A DNA stretch of 64,000 bases from Chloroflexota bacterium. GTDB taxonomy: Bacteria; Chloroflexota; UBA11872; VXOZ01. Under the pieces are notes generated by a model, which did no database searches, was not told where the DNA came from, and saw only the letters and a list, made by a program, of their open reading frames with translations. Both the position numbers and the translations under genes were made by a program. This document shows, in pieces, positions 49,034 through 58,625 of this stretch (position 1 is the first letter of the stretch; every line of letters starts with the position of its first letter). The DNA is taken from the NCBI GenBank assembly GCA_963662335.2, contig CAXXVD010000002.1, positions 768,001 through 832,000 of the forward strand. The letters run 5' to 3'.

Positions 49034-51100
49034 CTATTCGGCGAGTTCCAAGGTCACCACGTCCACGTCGGTCAGGCGCGGCAGGGTGACGAGCGTGTGC
49101 GTGCCGTGAGGACGAACGTGCACGGCTTGGCCGCTGGCGGCGTGGGCGGCGCGCACCGCGAGCGCGGACTTGATGGTTAGGTCGGCCAGCGGTACCGCTT
49201 CCGGTATATCAACCCAGGGCCCGGCGCGCCGGCCGCGCCCGACGCCCTGGCCCAGCGGCCGGCTGACCGGGCAGTTCACCAGGAAGACTTTCAGTTCGTT
49301 GCCGTCCCGGGTGTAGGCGATCTCGACGTTGGGCGCGCCCTGCACACGCAGGTCGGCGGCGTAGCCGATGAACTGCAAAATCCGCATCACCATGCGGCCG
49401 AACGCCCGCGCGCCCCGCAGCATGTATTCGGCGAACGGCTCGTGGTTGCAGTAGGCGATTTGCCCCGCGCCGAAGCGCCCGCAGACCACGGCCGGCATCC
49501 CGGTTTCCGTGCTCCAGCGCGTGCCGTGGCTATCCCACACGTTGCCGCGCGGCTCTACGACGGGCTTCAGCGAGTAGGCGAGTTCGCCAAAGCCGGGGAA
49601 GTTGCGCAGCGGCCAGTGCCCCAATGAACACGCCAACTCCCAATCGGGAATCTGCCACCCTGCCGGCGCGTGGATGAACCAGCCGTCCTGGCGCGCGCGG
49701 CCGTGCTCTTGGCGGTCGGCCAGGATGATGCCCAGGTCGCGCTGCAAGCTATGCGCGCCGGTGACGAGCATCCGCCCGCCGTTCTCCACGAACTCCCGCA
49801 CCAGCGGCAGGGATTCCGGCCGCAAATCGCCGGGATGCGCGACGACGAGCGCCTTCAAGCCGGCGAGGTCGTCCGCCGCCAGCAGGTCGTCGCACACCAG
49901 CCGGAAGGGAAAGTGCTGTTCGGCCAGGTACTTGTACGCGCCGGCCGTATCGCGGCTGAAACCGGCTTCCGTGGGCACATTCCCCAGCGCTACTTGCTCT
50001 TCCGAGAAGAGCAAACCGACGTCCGCAAGCTCTGTTGACGCGGCGCGCTCCGCCGCCAGCGGCCCGATCTTCTTAAACGTGTTGGCCACTTTGTCCAGGG
50101 TTGGCGCGCCAAAGAAGCCGCTGCGCGTGTCCGGCGCGCCCCAGAGCACGGTGGCGTCGGCCCCGGCGCTGAGCGCGCTGGCGGCCTGGTAGGTAAGCTG
50201 GCTCTCGCTCACGCCGCCGTACATCACGGTGTCCCAGCAGAACGCGATTTCCACGGGCCGTCCCCGCGCCAGCGCCCGCAGGCGGTGGGTCTGCATGGCG
50301 GGCAGGAAGAAGTTTTGCCCGGTGGCGTCGGATTCGCCAAAGAGGTAGTCGTCGTGCGTGTAGGGCCAATGGGCGTTGTGGGTGAGGCGCACGTCATTGC
50401 CGCTGGCGCGGATGCGTTCCTTAACGCCGACGAGAAAGGAATCTACAATGCGATTACCGAAGGCGGCCAGGCGCGCGCGGTCTGCCGGCGCAAAGCGTCT
50501 CTGCCGCCTGCCACCGGGGCGTCTCCCGCCCGCGCGGGAGCCTGGACGCGGCCGCGCGTCGGGCAGCGGCTCGCCGAATTGCGCTTGCCACGCCGCCTGG
50601 CAGTAGTCGCAATAGCAGAGCAGCCGGTAGTGCACGATGTCCAAGAAGAGCCGCGAAAAGGCGTACTGCGCCAGCAATTCGTCGAGCATGGCGTAGGCGT
50701 AATCGCGGTAGGGCGAATTGAGGCAAAGCCAGCGCCAGCGGGTCGGCGGGCCGGGCAGGGGTTTGCCGTCCGCGTCCCGGCTGCGCCAGGAAGGCTGGGC
50801 GCGGTAGGCGTGCTCGTCCCAACGCACGGAGTAGTAGAGGCCGGGGTCGATGCCGTTCTCGCGGGCGGCGTCCAGTTGCGCGCCGATCAGGTCGCCGTCC
50901 AGCGCCGGATGCCGCGTACCGGCTGTAGTGTCATAGTAGGCGTGGCCCCAGTGGCACTTGGCCTGCAGCAAGACCGCGTCGGCGCCAATCTCGCGCAGCG
51001 CCGCCATTTGCGCGCCGGCGTCCACCTGGGAGAGCGTGCCCGCGCCATAGGGCCCAAAGTGGTTGTCGATCAATATGCGTTTTGGGCCGGTCTGTGCCAT
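49034..51100 (-). CDS. Putative glycoside hydrolase (GHL6/GH42-like TIM barrel with trimerisation-like domain)
   Basis: 'QAKCHWGHAYY', 'HPAL..DL', 'LCLNSPY', 'LFLD...CYCDYC', later GATase-like middle domain; GGAGG RBS before ATG 51100. Confidence 0.7.
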   Translation of the reverse strand: MAQTGPKRILIDNHFGPYGAGTLSQVDAGAQMAALREIGADAVLLQAKCHWGHAYYDTTAGTRHPALDGDLIGAQLDAARENGIDPGLYYSVRWDEHAYRAQPSWRSRDADGKPLPGPPTRWRWLCLNSPYRDYAYAMLDELLAQYAFSRLFLDIVHYRLLCYCDYCQAAWQAQFGEPLPDARPRPGSRAGGRRPGGRRQRRFAPADRARLAAFGNRIVDSFLVGVKERIRASGNDVRLTHNAHWPYTHDDYLFGESDATGQNFFLPAMQTHRLRALARGRPVEIAFCWDTVMYGGVSESQLTYQAASALSAGADATVLWGAPDTRSGFFGAPTLDKVANTFKKIGPLAAERAASTELADVGLLFSEEQVALGNVPTEAGFSRDTAGAYKYLAEQHFPFRLVCDDLLAADDLAGLKALVVAHPGDLRPESLPLVREFVENGGRMLVTGAHSLQRDLGIILADRQEHGRARQDGWFIHAPAGWQIPDWELACSLGHWPLRNFPGFGELAYSLKPVVEPRGNVWDSHGTRWSTETGMPAVVCGRFGAGQIAYCNHEPFAEYMLRGARAFGRMVMRILQFIGYAADLRVQGAPNVEIAYTRDGNELKVFLVNCPVSRPLGQGVGRGRRAGPWVDIPEAVPLADLTIKSALAVRAAHAASGQAVHVRPHGTHTLVTLPRLTDVDVVTLELAE

Positions 51101-51387
51101 GAGATACCTCCCTCGCACGCTGGATGCCGTAAATATGCCGTAGCGCGGGGGCTTGTCCCCCGCTTCGTGGTTCACCTCTGGGCGCGAAGATGGATTCCCG
51201 CTTTCGCGGGAATGACGGAACGTAGCGCGGGGGCTCGTCCCCCGCCGCTTGGCTCCACGGGCAACCACGATTCGCGGCCAGGCGCTTCGCGCGCGCCTGG
51301 CGCGCTCTTCTCAATGCTACTTATCCCATAGCCTGTTTGCCAACCGATTCCGCCTTTGCGCCTGGCGGAAGGCGAGGGGAACCACCC

Positions 51388-51549
51388 TAATGCTGTCGCA
51401 CTAAACAGAGCGGCAGCAGAACTTGCGTCTAGAATCTCCGGTAGCGCAGGTTTGTAACCTGCGAAGCTGTTAGGTCAATTCTGTGCGTGCCAGTTTCAAT
51501 AGCTCCGGCGGGGGACAAGCCCCCGCGCTACGTTAATGCGACAGCATTG
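51388..51549. mobile_element. 162-bp IS4-like MITE, intact copy
   Basis: TIRs taatgctgtcgcactaa / ttaatgcgacagcattg (15/17 match); flanked by gggaaccaccc / gggagccaccc (10/11 direct repeat); contains REP A and REP E internally. Confidence 0.85.
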
Positions 51550-51707
51550 GGGAGCCACCCGCGCGACAGTAACGGTCAACACTGCCTGGCGAAATGCGTA
51601 TTCTGTCAAGGAGTTAGCAGGCAGTTACAGGAATGACCGCTTGGGGAACGAGTTACCCAAGCGCGTCTCGAGGGGTATGATAGGCGGCAGAGAGAGTACG
51701 TCCGGCG

Positions 51708-54700
51708 GTGGAGATTTGCCGAGTGAACGCGCGCCTGCCCCACATTGCCACAGACACCGCACAAGCGACTCCCCTGCTATCCGAACTGCGGCAGGCGGTC
51801 GCAGCCGAACTTGAGGCCGCGCGGTCACAGGCGGCGCTCTTTCGCGTGGAGGTCTACGCCGGCAAGCTGGGCGCGGAGACCGACGATGGCTATATGTACA
51901 CGTTTCTACTCAGCGCGCTGCTGCCGGTCTTGGACGATACGCCGGGCGAACTCCACATTGGCAACCGGGCGCACCCCTGCCTCATTGCCGCCGTGGCGGG
52001 ACTGCGCGTCACGGTGCTGCTGGCAACGGCCCCGGCCCGCTTCATCGAGCGCGCCACACTGGCGGCGCAGCCTTGGACGGCGCTGGCGCGTCTGGATGAG
52101 GCGCTGGCGGACCGCGCGGCTGCGAGCGCGGCGGACGCGGACTTGAGCGCGGCGCTCTTCAGCGGCGAACCGGCGCTGGTGGAGCGGATTGCCCCGGCAG
52201 CCGCTGGTCCCGCCGACCCGCCGCTGGCGGAGATGCAACGGGAAGCGCTGGCGGCGGCCCTGGAGCGCAGCGTGACGGTCATCACCGGCCCGGCGCACAC
52301 CGGCAAGACGCATCTGCTGCGCCGGGTGGCCGCGTCGTGCGTGCAGGCGGGTTGCCGCGTGCTGCTGCTGGCCCCGTCCCACGACGCCATCGACGCGGCG
52401 CTCCGCCCGCTGGCCGAATCCGGCGCCGGCGGCGCCTACGCCGCGGGAAAGCTGCTCCGGCACGGCTCCAGTCCCGCTCCGGCGCTGCTACAGGCCTATC
52501 CGCTGCTCGCGCCGGAGCGCGCCGCGCGCCTGGTCGAAGCGGAACGGGAACGGGAGCGAGCGGCGCTGGATGCGGAACGGGCGGCGTTGGCGGAGCGGGA
52601 ACAGACCCTCGGCGTGTTGCATAAGGCCGCGGCGCTGGCGCAACAGGCGGCTGCGGAGCGCGACGCGGCGCAGGCGGCGGTAGACGCGCTGGCCGCGCAA
52701 GCGGACGCCGCGTCCGGCAGTAGCGCCGAGCCTACCGCCGGGCAGCGCCTGCGGGAACGCTGGCTGTGGCTGCGGCGGTGGATCATGCGTTTCGGCGGGC
52801 GCGCAACCCGGCGTGCCGAGCGCGCGTATCGAGAGAGCGCCGAGCGGCAGCGACAAGAGTCCTATGGGCACGCGCAGCGGCTGGCGGAAGCGCAGCGGCG
52901 TCTTGAAGAGAAGGCGGCGGCCGCGGCCCGCCTCGAGGCGGGTGTCCGCCAACAGCTTGCGCAATACGACCTCAATCTCAACGACCTCGAAGGGGAGCGG
53001 CAACAGGCTGTGGCGCGCTCGGAGGCGCTGGCGGTGGAGCGTGAGCGGGCCGCGGCGAAGCCGAGCATCCAGGCCGCCTACAACCGGGCGCTTCTGGTAG
53101 GCGGCACGCTCTCGCACGCGCTGGCGGGTGAGGCAGTCCCGCCGCAGTCGTCCGACACACAATCGCGGTCGTCTGACGCTCAGTCGCGGCTTTCCTACCT
53201 CCAACCGCAGTCGTTCGACGTGGTGTTGATCGACGACGCCCACCGCGTGCCCTTGCCCCACCTCTTCTGGGCGGCCGGTCTAGCCCGGTCGCGCGTCGTG
53301 GTCGCGACCGAACCGGCGGCGCTGCAACTCTGGCACTGTGCCCAACAGGCGGTTGCCCACCGCTGGCTGGGGCGCTCTTTCATCGCGTATCTGGGTGGAC
53401 GGCGCGAGCTTGGCGCACCCGCGGCGCTCGCCCTTGCGGAGCGGTACGGGATCGCTCCCGCGCTGGCCGCGAGCGTGACGGGTTGGCTTGCCGAAACGGA
53501 CAGCGCGTCCGGCAAGCGCTTGCCGACCCTGGATTCCGGCTTTCGCCGGAATGACGAGTTGCAGCGCTCCGGCGAGCGGCGGCGTTCCCCAGTACGTGGA
53601 CGGCGGCACAGGCCGCTTACCGCGGTTCTGGAAGCCGAAAGTCCCGTGGCGCTGGTGGATACCGACGCTCTGAAGCCGTGGTGCGCGGCAATCCCGCGCC
53701 ACGGGCGCGTGAACGTGGGCAGCGCCCTCACCACGGTGGCGCTGGCGGAGCGGCTGCGCGCGGCGGACGCCGCCCAGTCCATCGCACTCGTCACGCCGTA
53801 CCACGCCCAGGCGCGGCTGCTGCTCCACCTGGCGCGCGACCGGCGCCTCGCCGACGCCATCGGCGTCTACGCGCCGCCCTGCTTGCCCGCTCGGGCGGCG
53901 GACGTCGTGATTCTGGATACAGTCGAAGCGCCGGGGCGGTTCACCTGGTCCGCGCTCGATGATTCGCGCCCGGATTCTCCGGCATACGACCTCTTTAGCA
54001 GCGTCTGCGCCCAGGCGCGGCAGCGGCTGCTGCTGGTAGCGCACGACAAGCACGTGCGCGCCGCGTTCGGCGCGCGGTCGCTCTTGCGGCGGATGCTGAG
54101 CGACGCCGCGGACGCGGGTTGGGCGGCGTCCGCGGGCGATTGTGTGGCGAGTTACCGCGCCGGGGCGGTGTCCCGCGCGCCGCAAGCGCCGGGCGCGAAC
54201 GCCGCGCGCAACGCGCGTCCCACCGCCGCCGACGGCTGGGGCCTTCTGTTGCAAGATCTGGAAACGGCGCAGCGCGGCGTTACCATCTGGAGTCCGCACT
54301 TGGCGCTGAACACCGTGGAGCGCGTGCTGGGCCGGCTGCCGTCCGCGCTGCTGGAACGCGGCGCGGTGCGCGTGGTCACGTTGCCGGCGGCCGCCCTGCG
54401 CGGCGGGCAGCGCGCGCAAGCGGCCGCGGCGCGCCGGGTCTGCGAGCAAGTGGGCGTGGTGGTGGCAGAGCAGAGCACACTGGCGGCCAATCTCGTTACC
54501 GTGGACGACCGCCTGGCGTGGGAGTGCACGCTGCCGCCCCTCAGCGCTGGCAGTGGCGGCCTGCAACTGCGCCGCATCGAGAGCGCCCCGGTCGCGCGCC
54601 TGCTGCGCACGCTCCTAGCCGTGGAGGACACCGACACAATTGCGCCGGACGCCGCCTTCTTCATGCCGTTCGCTGAGCTAGGCAACCTGGCGCCGCGCGC

Positions 54701-54719
54701 GGACTCGCGCTCTTTCTGA
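51708..54719 (+). CDS. Degenerate SF1 (DNA2/NAM7-like) helicase with coiled-coil insert and inactive PLD-like tail
   Basis: 'ITGPAHTGKT', 'RVLLLAPSHDAID', 'FDVVLIDDA', 'LVTPYHAQ', 'ADVVILD.V', 'QARQRLLLV'. C-terminal 'VTIWSP...LVTVDDRLAW' lacks HKD. Start uncertain. Confidence 0.65.
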   Translation: MEICRVNARLPHIATDTAQATPLLSELRQAVAAELEAARSQAALFRVEVYAGKLGAETDDGYMYTFLLSALLPVLDDTPGELHIGNRAHPCLIAAVAGLRVTVLLATAPARFIERATLAAQPWTALARLDEALADRAAASAADADLSAALFSGEPALVERIAPAAAGPADPPLAEMQREALAAALERSVTVITGPAHTGKTHLLRRVAASCVQAGCRVLLLAPSHDAIDAALRPLAESGAGGAYAAGKLLRHGSSPAPALLQAYPLLAPERAARLVEAERERERAALDAERAALAEREQTLGVLHKAAALAQQAAAERDAAQAAVDALAAQADAASGSSAEPTAGQRLRERWLWLRRWIMRFGGRATRRAERAYRESAERQRQESYGHAQRLAEAQRRLEEKAAAAARLEAGVRQQLAQYDLNLNDLEGERQQAVARSEALAVERERAAAKPSIQAAYNRALLVGGTLSHALAGEAVPPQSSDTQSRSSDAQSRLSYLQPQSFDVVLIDDAHRVPLPHLFWAAGLARSRVVVATEPAALQLWHCAQQAVAHRWLGRSFIAYLGGRRELGAPAALALAERYGIAPALAASVTGWLAETDSASGKRLPTLDSGFRRNDELQRSGERRRSPVRGRRHRPLTAVLEAESPVALVDTDALKPWCAAIPRHGRVNVGSALTTVALAERLRAADAAQSIALVTPYHAQARLLLHLARDRRLADAIGVYAPPCLPARAADVVILDTVEAPGRFTWSALDDSRPDSPAYDLFSSVCAQARQRLLLVAHDKHVRAAFGARSLLRRMLSDAADAGWAASAGDCVASYRAGAVSRAPQAPGANAARNARPTAADGWGLLLQDLETAQRGVTIWSPHLALNTVERVLGRLPSALLERGAVRVVTLPAAALRGGQRAQAAAARRVCEQVGVVVAEQSTLAANLVTVDDRLAWECTLPPLSAGSGGLQLRRIESAPVARLLRTLLAVEDTDTIAPDAAFFMPFAELGNLAPRADSRSF
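53529..53555. repeat. Family-C palindrome inside the helicase CDS (encodes LDSGFRRND)
   Basis: ctggattccggctttcgccggaatgac matches the intergenic copies at 33943, about 33987, 51191 and about 59686. Confidence 0.85.
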
Positions 54720-54810
54720 ACGCAAGCCAAGCTCCCTCTCCCGGTCGCGCCTGCGGGGCTGCGCGGCGTGTCCGACCCACCGCAGCGGGCACAGGATTCA
54801 GCCGCACCGG

Positions 54811-55851
54811 CTAGAACCGTCCACTGCGGACCTCGAAGCGGGTCGGTTTCCCGTGGGAAGGCAGGTCGCGCTCCAGCCAAGCGGCGGTCCAGTCGATCAT
54901 CGTTGCCAAAGGCACGAGCGGCCGGCCGAAGAGTTGCCGCGCTTGGGCGGTGCTGTTGACCCACGCGGTTGCCGCCTCTGTGCCCGCAAATTGCGGCGTT
55001 TTGTTGAAGCGCGCGCCAAAGGCGTGGGCCAGGGCGCGGATGCTCATCGCTTCAGGCCCGCCGACGTTTAGGGCGCGCGCAGGCGTGTCGCAATGTAACA
55101 GCGCGCGCAGGGCCTGGCTGCTCGCGTCGCCTTGCCAGATGACGTTCACGTAACCCATCGCCAGCGGCACGGGTTTGCCGTCGCGCACCCACCGCGCCAC
55201 GTCGTGCAGCACGCCGTAGCGCATGTCGATGGCGTAGTTGAGCCGCAGCAGGCGGCCCGGCGTGCCGTGCTGCCGCGAGAAGTGTTGGAAGACGCGCTCG
55301 CGTCCCACGCAGGAGTTGGCGTACTCGCCCACCGGTTCCGGGGCGGTCGCCTCGTCCCAGCCGTGCCCGGCAACCGGCGCGTAGGGATAGACGCAGAGGG
55401 TGGAAAAGGCCACGATGCGGGAGTGGCGGAACGTCTCGGCCACGATGGCCGGCGCGTGGGTGTTCATGGCCCAGGTGAAGGCCGGGTCTGCCTGCGTGCC
55501 GAACTTCTTGCCCGCCATGTAGACCACGTTGGGCAACTGCGGCAGCGCGGCCACCGCCGTCCGGTCCAGAAGGTCGCAGGCGATGGTCTCGACGCCCCAG
55601 GCCTCCAGGCGCGCGCGCACGGCGGCATCGCTAAAGCGCGCCACGCCCACGATGCGCTTGCCGGGCGCCGCGCGCTTGGCCAGCCGCGCCAACGTCGGCC
55701 CCACCTTGCCGCCGACGCCGAGTATGAGAATGTCGCCATCAAGCCGCCGCAAATCATCGACCAGCGCTTGGCTGGGGCGGGAGAGCAACTCTTCCAGGGC
55801 GTCTACGCCGGCGATGTCCGCCGGCAGGGTAGACGAAGTGAGTATTGCCAT
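54811..55851 (-). CDS. NAD-dependent epimerase/dehydratase family protein
   Basis: 'LGVGGKVG', 'AGKKFG', 'EYANSC.GRE', 'RLNYA...YGVL.D'; start could be 55875. Confidence 0.88.
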   Translation of the reverse strand: MAILTSSTLPADIAGVDALEELLSRPSQALVDDLRRLDGDILILGVGGKVGPTLARLAKRAAPGKRIVGVARFSDAAVRARLEAWGVETIACDLLDRTAVAALPQLPNVVYMAGKKFGTQADPAFTWAMNTHAPAIVAETFRHSRIVAFSTLCVYPYAPVAGHGWDEATAPEPVGEYANSCVGRERVFQHFSRQHGTPGRLLRLNYAIDMRYGVLHDVARWVRDGKPVPLAMGYVNVIWQGDASSQALRALLHCDTPARALNVGGPEAMSIRALAHAFGARFNKTPQFAGTEAATAWVNSTAQARQLFGRPLVPLATMIDWTAAWLERDLPSHGKPTRFEVRSGRF

Positions 55852-55938
55852 GGGTGCACCATTGGAAGCGCTCATTGCAACGGCAATTCAGTATACCATG
55901 TACCCTGACTGTCTCAGCGCGAGCAAGGAGCGACGGCA

Positions 55939-57006
55939 ATGAAGCGGGTAATGTTCGACGACCTCTACACCTGGTCGGTCTTCAACGAGGAGAAGCAATT
56001 CGACTTCAACGGCTTTCTGTGGGTAAGGGAAGAAGGCAACATCCTCATCGATCCCGTGCCCATGAGCGCCGGTGACGCGGCGCAACTGGACGCGCTGGGC
56101 GGCGCGGCGCTCATCGTCCTGACCAACCGCGACCACGAACGGGACGCCGCGACTTTACAGAAACGCACTGGCGCGCGCATCGTGGCGCACGCGGCCGACG
56201 CGGCGCTCTTTGGGCTTACCGTAGACCGCACGGTGACCGATGGCGAGGAGATCGTGCCGGATCTCAAGGCGCTGCACCTAGCGCACGGCAAGAGTCCCGG
56301 CGAGATCGCGCTGCTCTGGCGCGGCGGGCGCGTGGCCTTCATCGGCGATTACGTCTGGGGCAATCCCGTGGGCGCGTTGACGCTGGGCGCGGAACCGGCG
56401 CTGGCGGACCCGGCGCAGGCGGCGCTGCAACTGCGCAAATTGCTGGCCGTGCAGCAACTCGACGCGCTGCTGCTCGGCGACGGCCACTCGCTCCTGACCG
56501 GCGCCCGCGACGCGCTGCTGGCCATGCTGGAGGCGCGCCGGGACATCTACATCAACCGGATCAACCTGGATGAAATCCCGTGGTTCGAGATACCCAACTG
56601 GCCCGGCGCGTTTGGCTATGCGTTCAAGGACGTCGATCCGCTCATCGGCGCGCGGCATCTCGGTTACCTGGTGATGCGGCTCGATCCGGGCAAGAAGGGT
56701 TTTCCGCTGCACTTCCACTACTTCGAGGAAGAACTCGGCGTGGTGCTGGAGGGCACGTGCACCATGCGCACCTCGCGGGGCGACGTGGCGCTGCGCCAGG
56801 GCGATTTCGTTGCCTTTCCGCCGGGCCCCAACGGCGACCACCAGTACGTCAATGACGGCGATGAGCCGTGCGTGATGCTGCTGCTCAGCAACATCGTGCC
56901 CAGCGACGTGAGCGAATACCCGGATTCCAACAAGGTGAACCTGCGCGGCGTGCGCCACATCTTCCACAAGGAAAAGGCAGTGGACTATTGGGACCGGGAG
57001 TCCTGA
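55939..57006 (+). CDS. Metallo-beta-lactamase-fold + cupin fusion protein
   Basis: 'LTNRDHER', 'K.PGE', 'GD', 'LGDGH' (degenerate MBL) followed by 'PLHFHYFEEE...GDFVAFPPG...H' (cupin). Confidence 0.82.
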   Translation: MKRVMFDDLYTWSVFNEEKQFDFNGFLWVREEGNILIDPVPMSAGDAAQLDALGGAALIVLTNRDHERDAATLQKRTGARIVAHAADAALFGLTVDRTVTDGEEIVPDLKALHLAHGKSPGEIALLWRGGRVAFIGDYVWGNPVGALTLGAEPALADPAQAALQLRKLLAVQQLDALLLGDGHSLLTGARDALLAMLEARRDIYINRINLDEIPWFEIPNWPGAFGYAFKDVDPLIGARHLGYLVMRLDPGKKGFPLHFHYFEEELGVVLEGTCTMRTSRGDVALRQGDFVAFPPGPNGDHQYVNDGDEPCVMLLLSNIVPSDVSEYPDSNKVNLRGVRHIFHKEKAVDYWDRES

Positions 57007-57194
57007 TGTTCCTTACGGCATTGGGCGTAGGGGCGTCGCGAAAATGCCTTTGCGCGCTCTGCCGGTAGGCGTAGGGGCACGACATGTCGTGCCCCTACGC
57101 CCGACGGCGGTTTACGCGGCGCCATTTGCCACAGGCCCCGGCGCCGTGGGTCGAGCGCCAATGGCCTGCGCCGGCGATAGAGGGGGGCATGTTC

Positions 57195-57356
57195 CAACGC
57201 TGTCGTGCTAACGTAGCGCGGGGGCTTGTCCCCCGCCGGGGCTATCGAAACTGGCACGCAAAATAACGACCTAGCAGATTCGCAGGTTACAAACCTGCGC
57301 TACCGGAGATGCGTGGCGTGGTTTTCATTGCCATTGCGATTAATGCGGCAACATAA
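57195..57356. mobile_element. 162-bp MITE, diverged copy in opposite orientation, inserted in a REP A
   Basis: Ends caacgctgtcgtgctaa / ttaatgcggcaacataa; same length and internal layout as 51388-51549; flanks ggggcatgttc / gggacaagccc. Confidence 0.75.
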
Positions 57357-57577
57357 GGGACAAGCCCCCGCGCTACGGCCTGGAATTCCTGTGTTACCAT
57401 TTGCTGTCATTCCGAGCGCAGCGAGGAATCTGGAATCCGCGCTGCGGCCGCCAAGCGAATCCACCTACCCGGTACCGGATGCGCGCAATTGGCAATTAGC
57501 GCTGCCCCACCATGTGTAGTACGGTATACAAAGATGGAGCGCGCGTGAAGGTTAGCGATGAGCGAAAGGATGCGCCG

Positions 57578-58612
57578 GTGTCGGCACGAGTGCGTTTTGG
57601 CATTGCGGGGATGGACCACTGGTACGCCGGTTTCGCGGCGCTGCGGGGCATTGCCGCCAACGATGATGCGGTGGTGACGGCGGTGGCGCACCGCCAGACG
57701 GCGTACGTGGAGGCGATTGCCGCCGAATACGCGATACCCTCCATTACCAGCGATTACGCTGAAGTCGCGCGGCGGGACGACGTGGACGTGGTGGTGGCGG
57801 CGTGCACCACGGCGGAAGCGCCCGCGTTGTGTCAAGAGGCGGCGGCGCACGGCAAGCACGTCATCTGCGTGAAGCCCATGGCGTTGACGTTGGCAGAGGC
57901 CGACGCGGTAGTCGCGGCGGTGGAGCGGGCCGGCGTCGGCTTCTATCCGCTGGAAGCGATTCAGACAAGCGGCGGCGCGGCGCGGCAGTACGCCCAGTGG
58001 CTGGAAGAAGGCCGCATCGGCCGGCCCATCAGCGCCGCGGTAATCCGGCGTGGCGGCCTGCCCACGCAGGAGTGGCCCGGCGTGCACGTGGCGCGCACCT
58101 GGTGGCTGGTGGCGGGCAAAGCTCCCGGCGGCGGCTGGATCGACCACGCCATCTACGACGTCCACATGCTGCGCCGGTTGCTTGGCGCTGAGGTTGTCCG
58201 CGTCACCGGCGCCACCGCGAACCTGGTGCACACGGATATTCCGTTCGAGGACTACGGTGCGGCGACCCTCACGTTCGACAACGGTTTCGTGGCAACGCTG
58301 GAGGTCACGTGGTCCAGCGGCCCGCAGTCCGGCATGCACGCTTTTCATCTGGTGGGCACGGAGGGACAGATCGCCACGGACGGCATCTCCGGCAAGCTGG
58401 CCGTGCGGGGCAATTTTGCGCCCTGGCAGGGTTGGGTGCTCTCCGACGGCGCACGCAGCCCAAGCGGAGACAGCGTCGCGCTGATGGTGGATTTCGCGCG
58501 GAACGGCGCGCCGCTGCCGGCCACGGTGCATGACGGCCGCCGCAACCTGGCGGTCTGCCTGGCGTTCTACGAGGCCGCCCGCGCTGACCGCGTCGTGACG
58601 CTGCCGCGCTAG
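57578..58612 (+). CDS. Gfo/Idh/MocA family oxidoreductase
   Basis: 'FGIAG', 'GKHVICVKPMA', 'GGGWIDHAIY'; GTG start after AAAGGA. Confidence 0.88.
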   Translation: MSARVRFGIAGMDHWYAGFAALRGIAANDDAVVTAVAHRQTAYVEAIAAEYAIPSITSDYAEVARRDDVDVVVAACTTAEAPALCQEAAAHGKHVICVKPMALTLAEADAVVAAVERAGVGFYPLEAIQTSGGAARQYAQWLEEGRIGRPISAAVIRRGGLPTQEWPGVHVARTWWLVAGKAPGGGWIDHAIYDVHMLRRLLGAEVVRVTGATANLVHTDIPFEDYGAATLTFDNGFVATLEVTWSSGPQSGMHAFHLVGTEGQIATDGISGKLAVRGNFAPWQGWVLSDGARSPSGDSVALMVDFARNGAPLPATVHDGRRNLAVCLAFYEAARADRVVTLPR

Positions 58613-58625
58613 CCGCAGATTAGCC

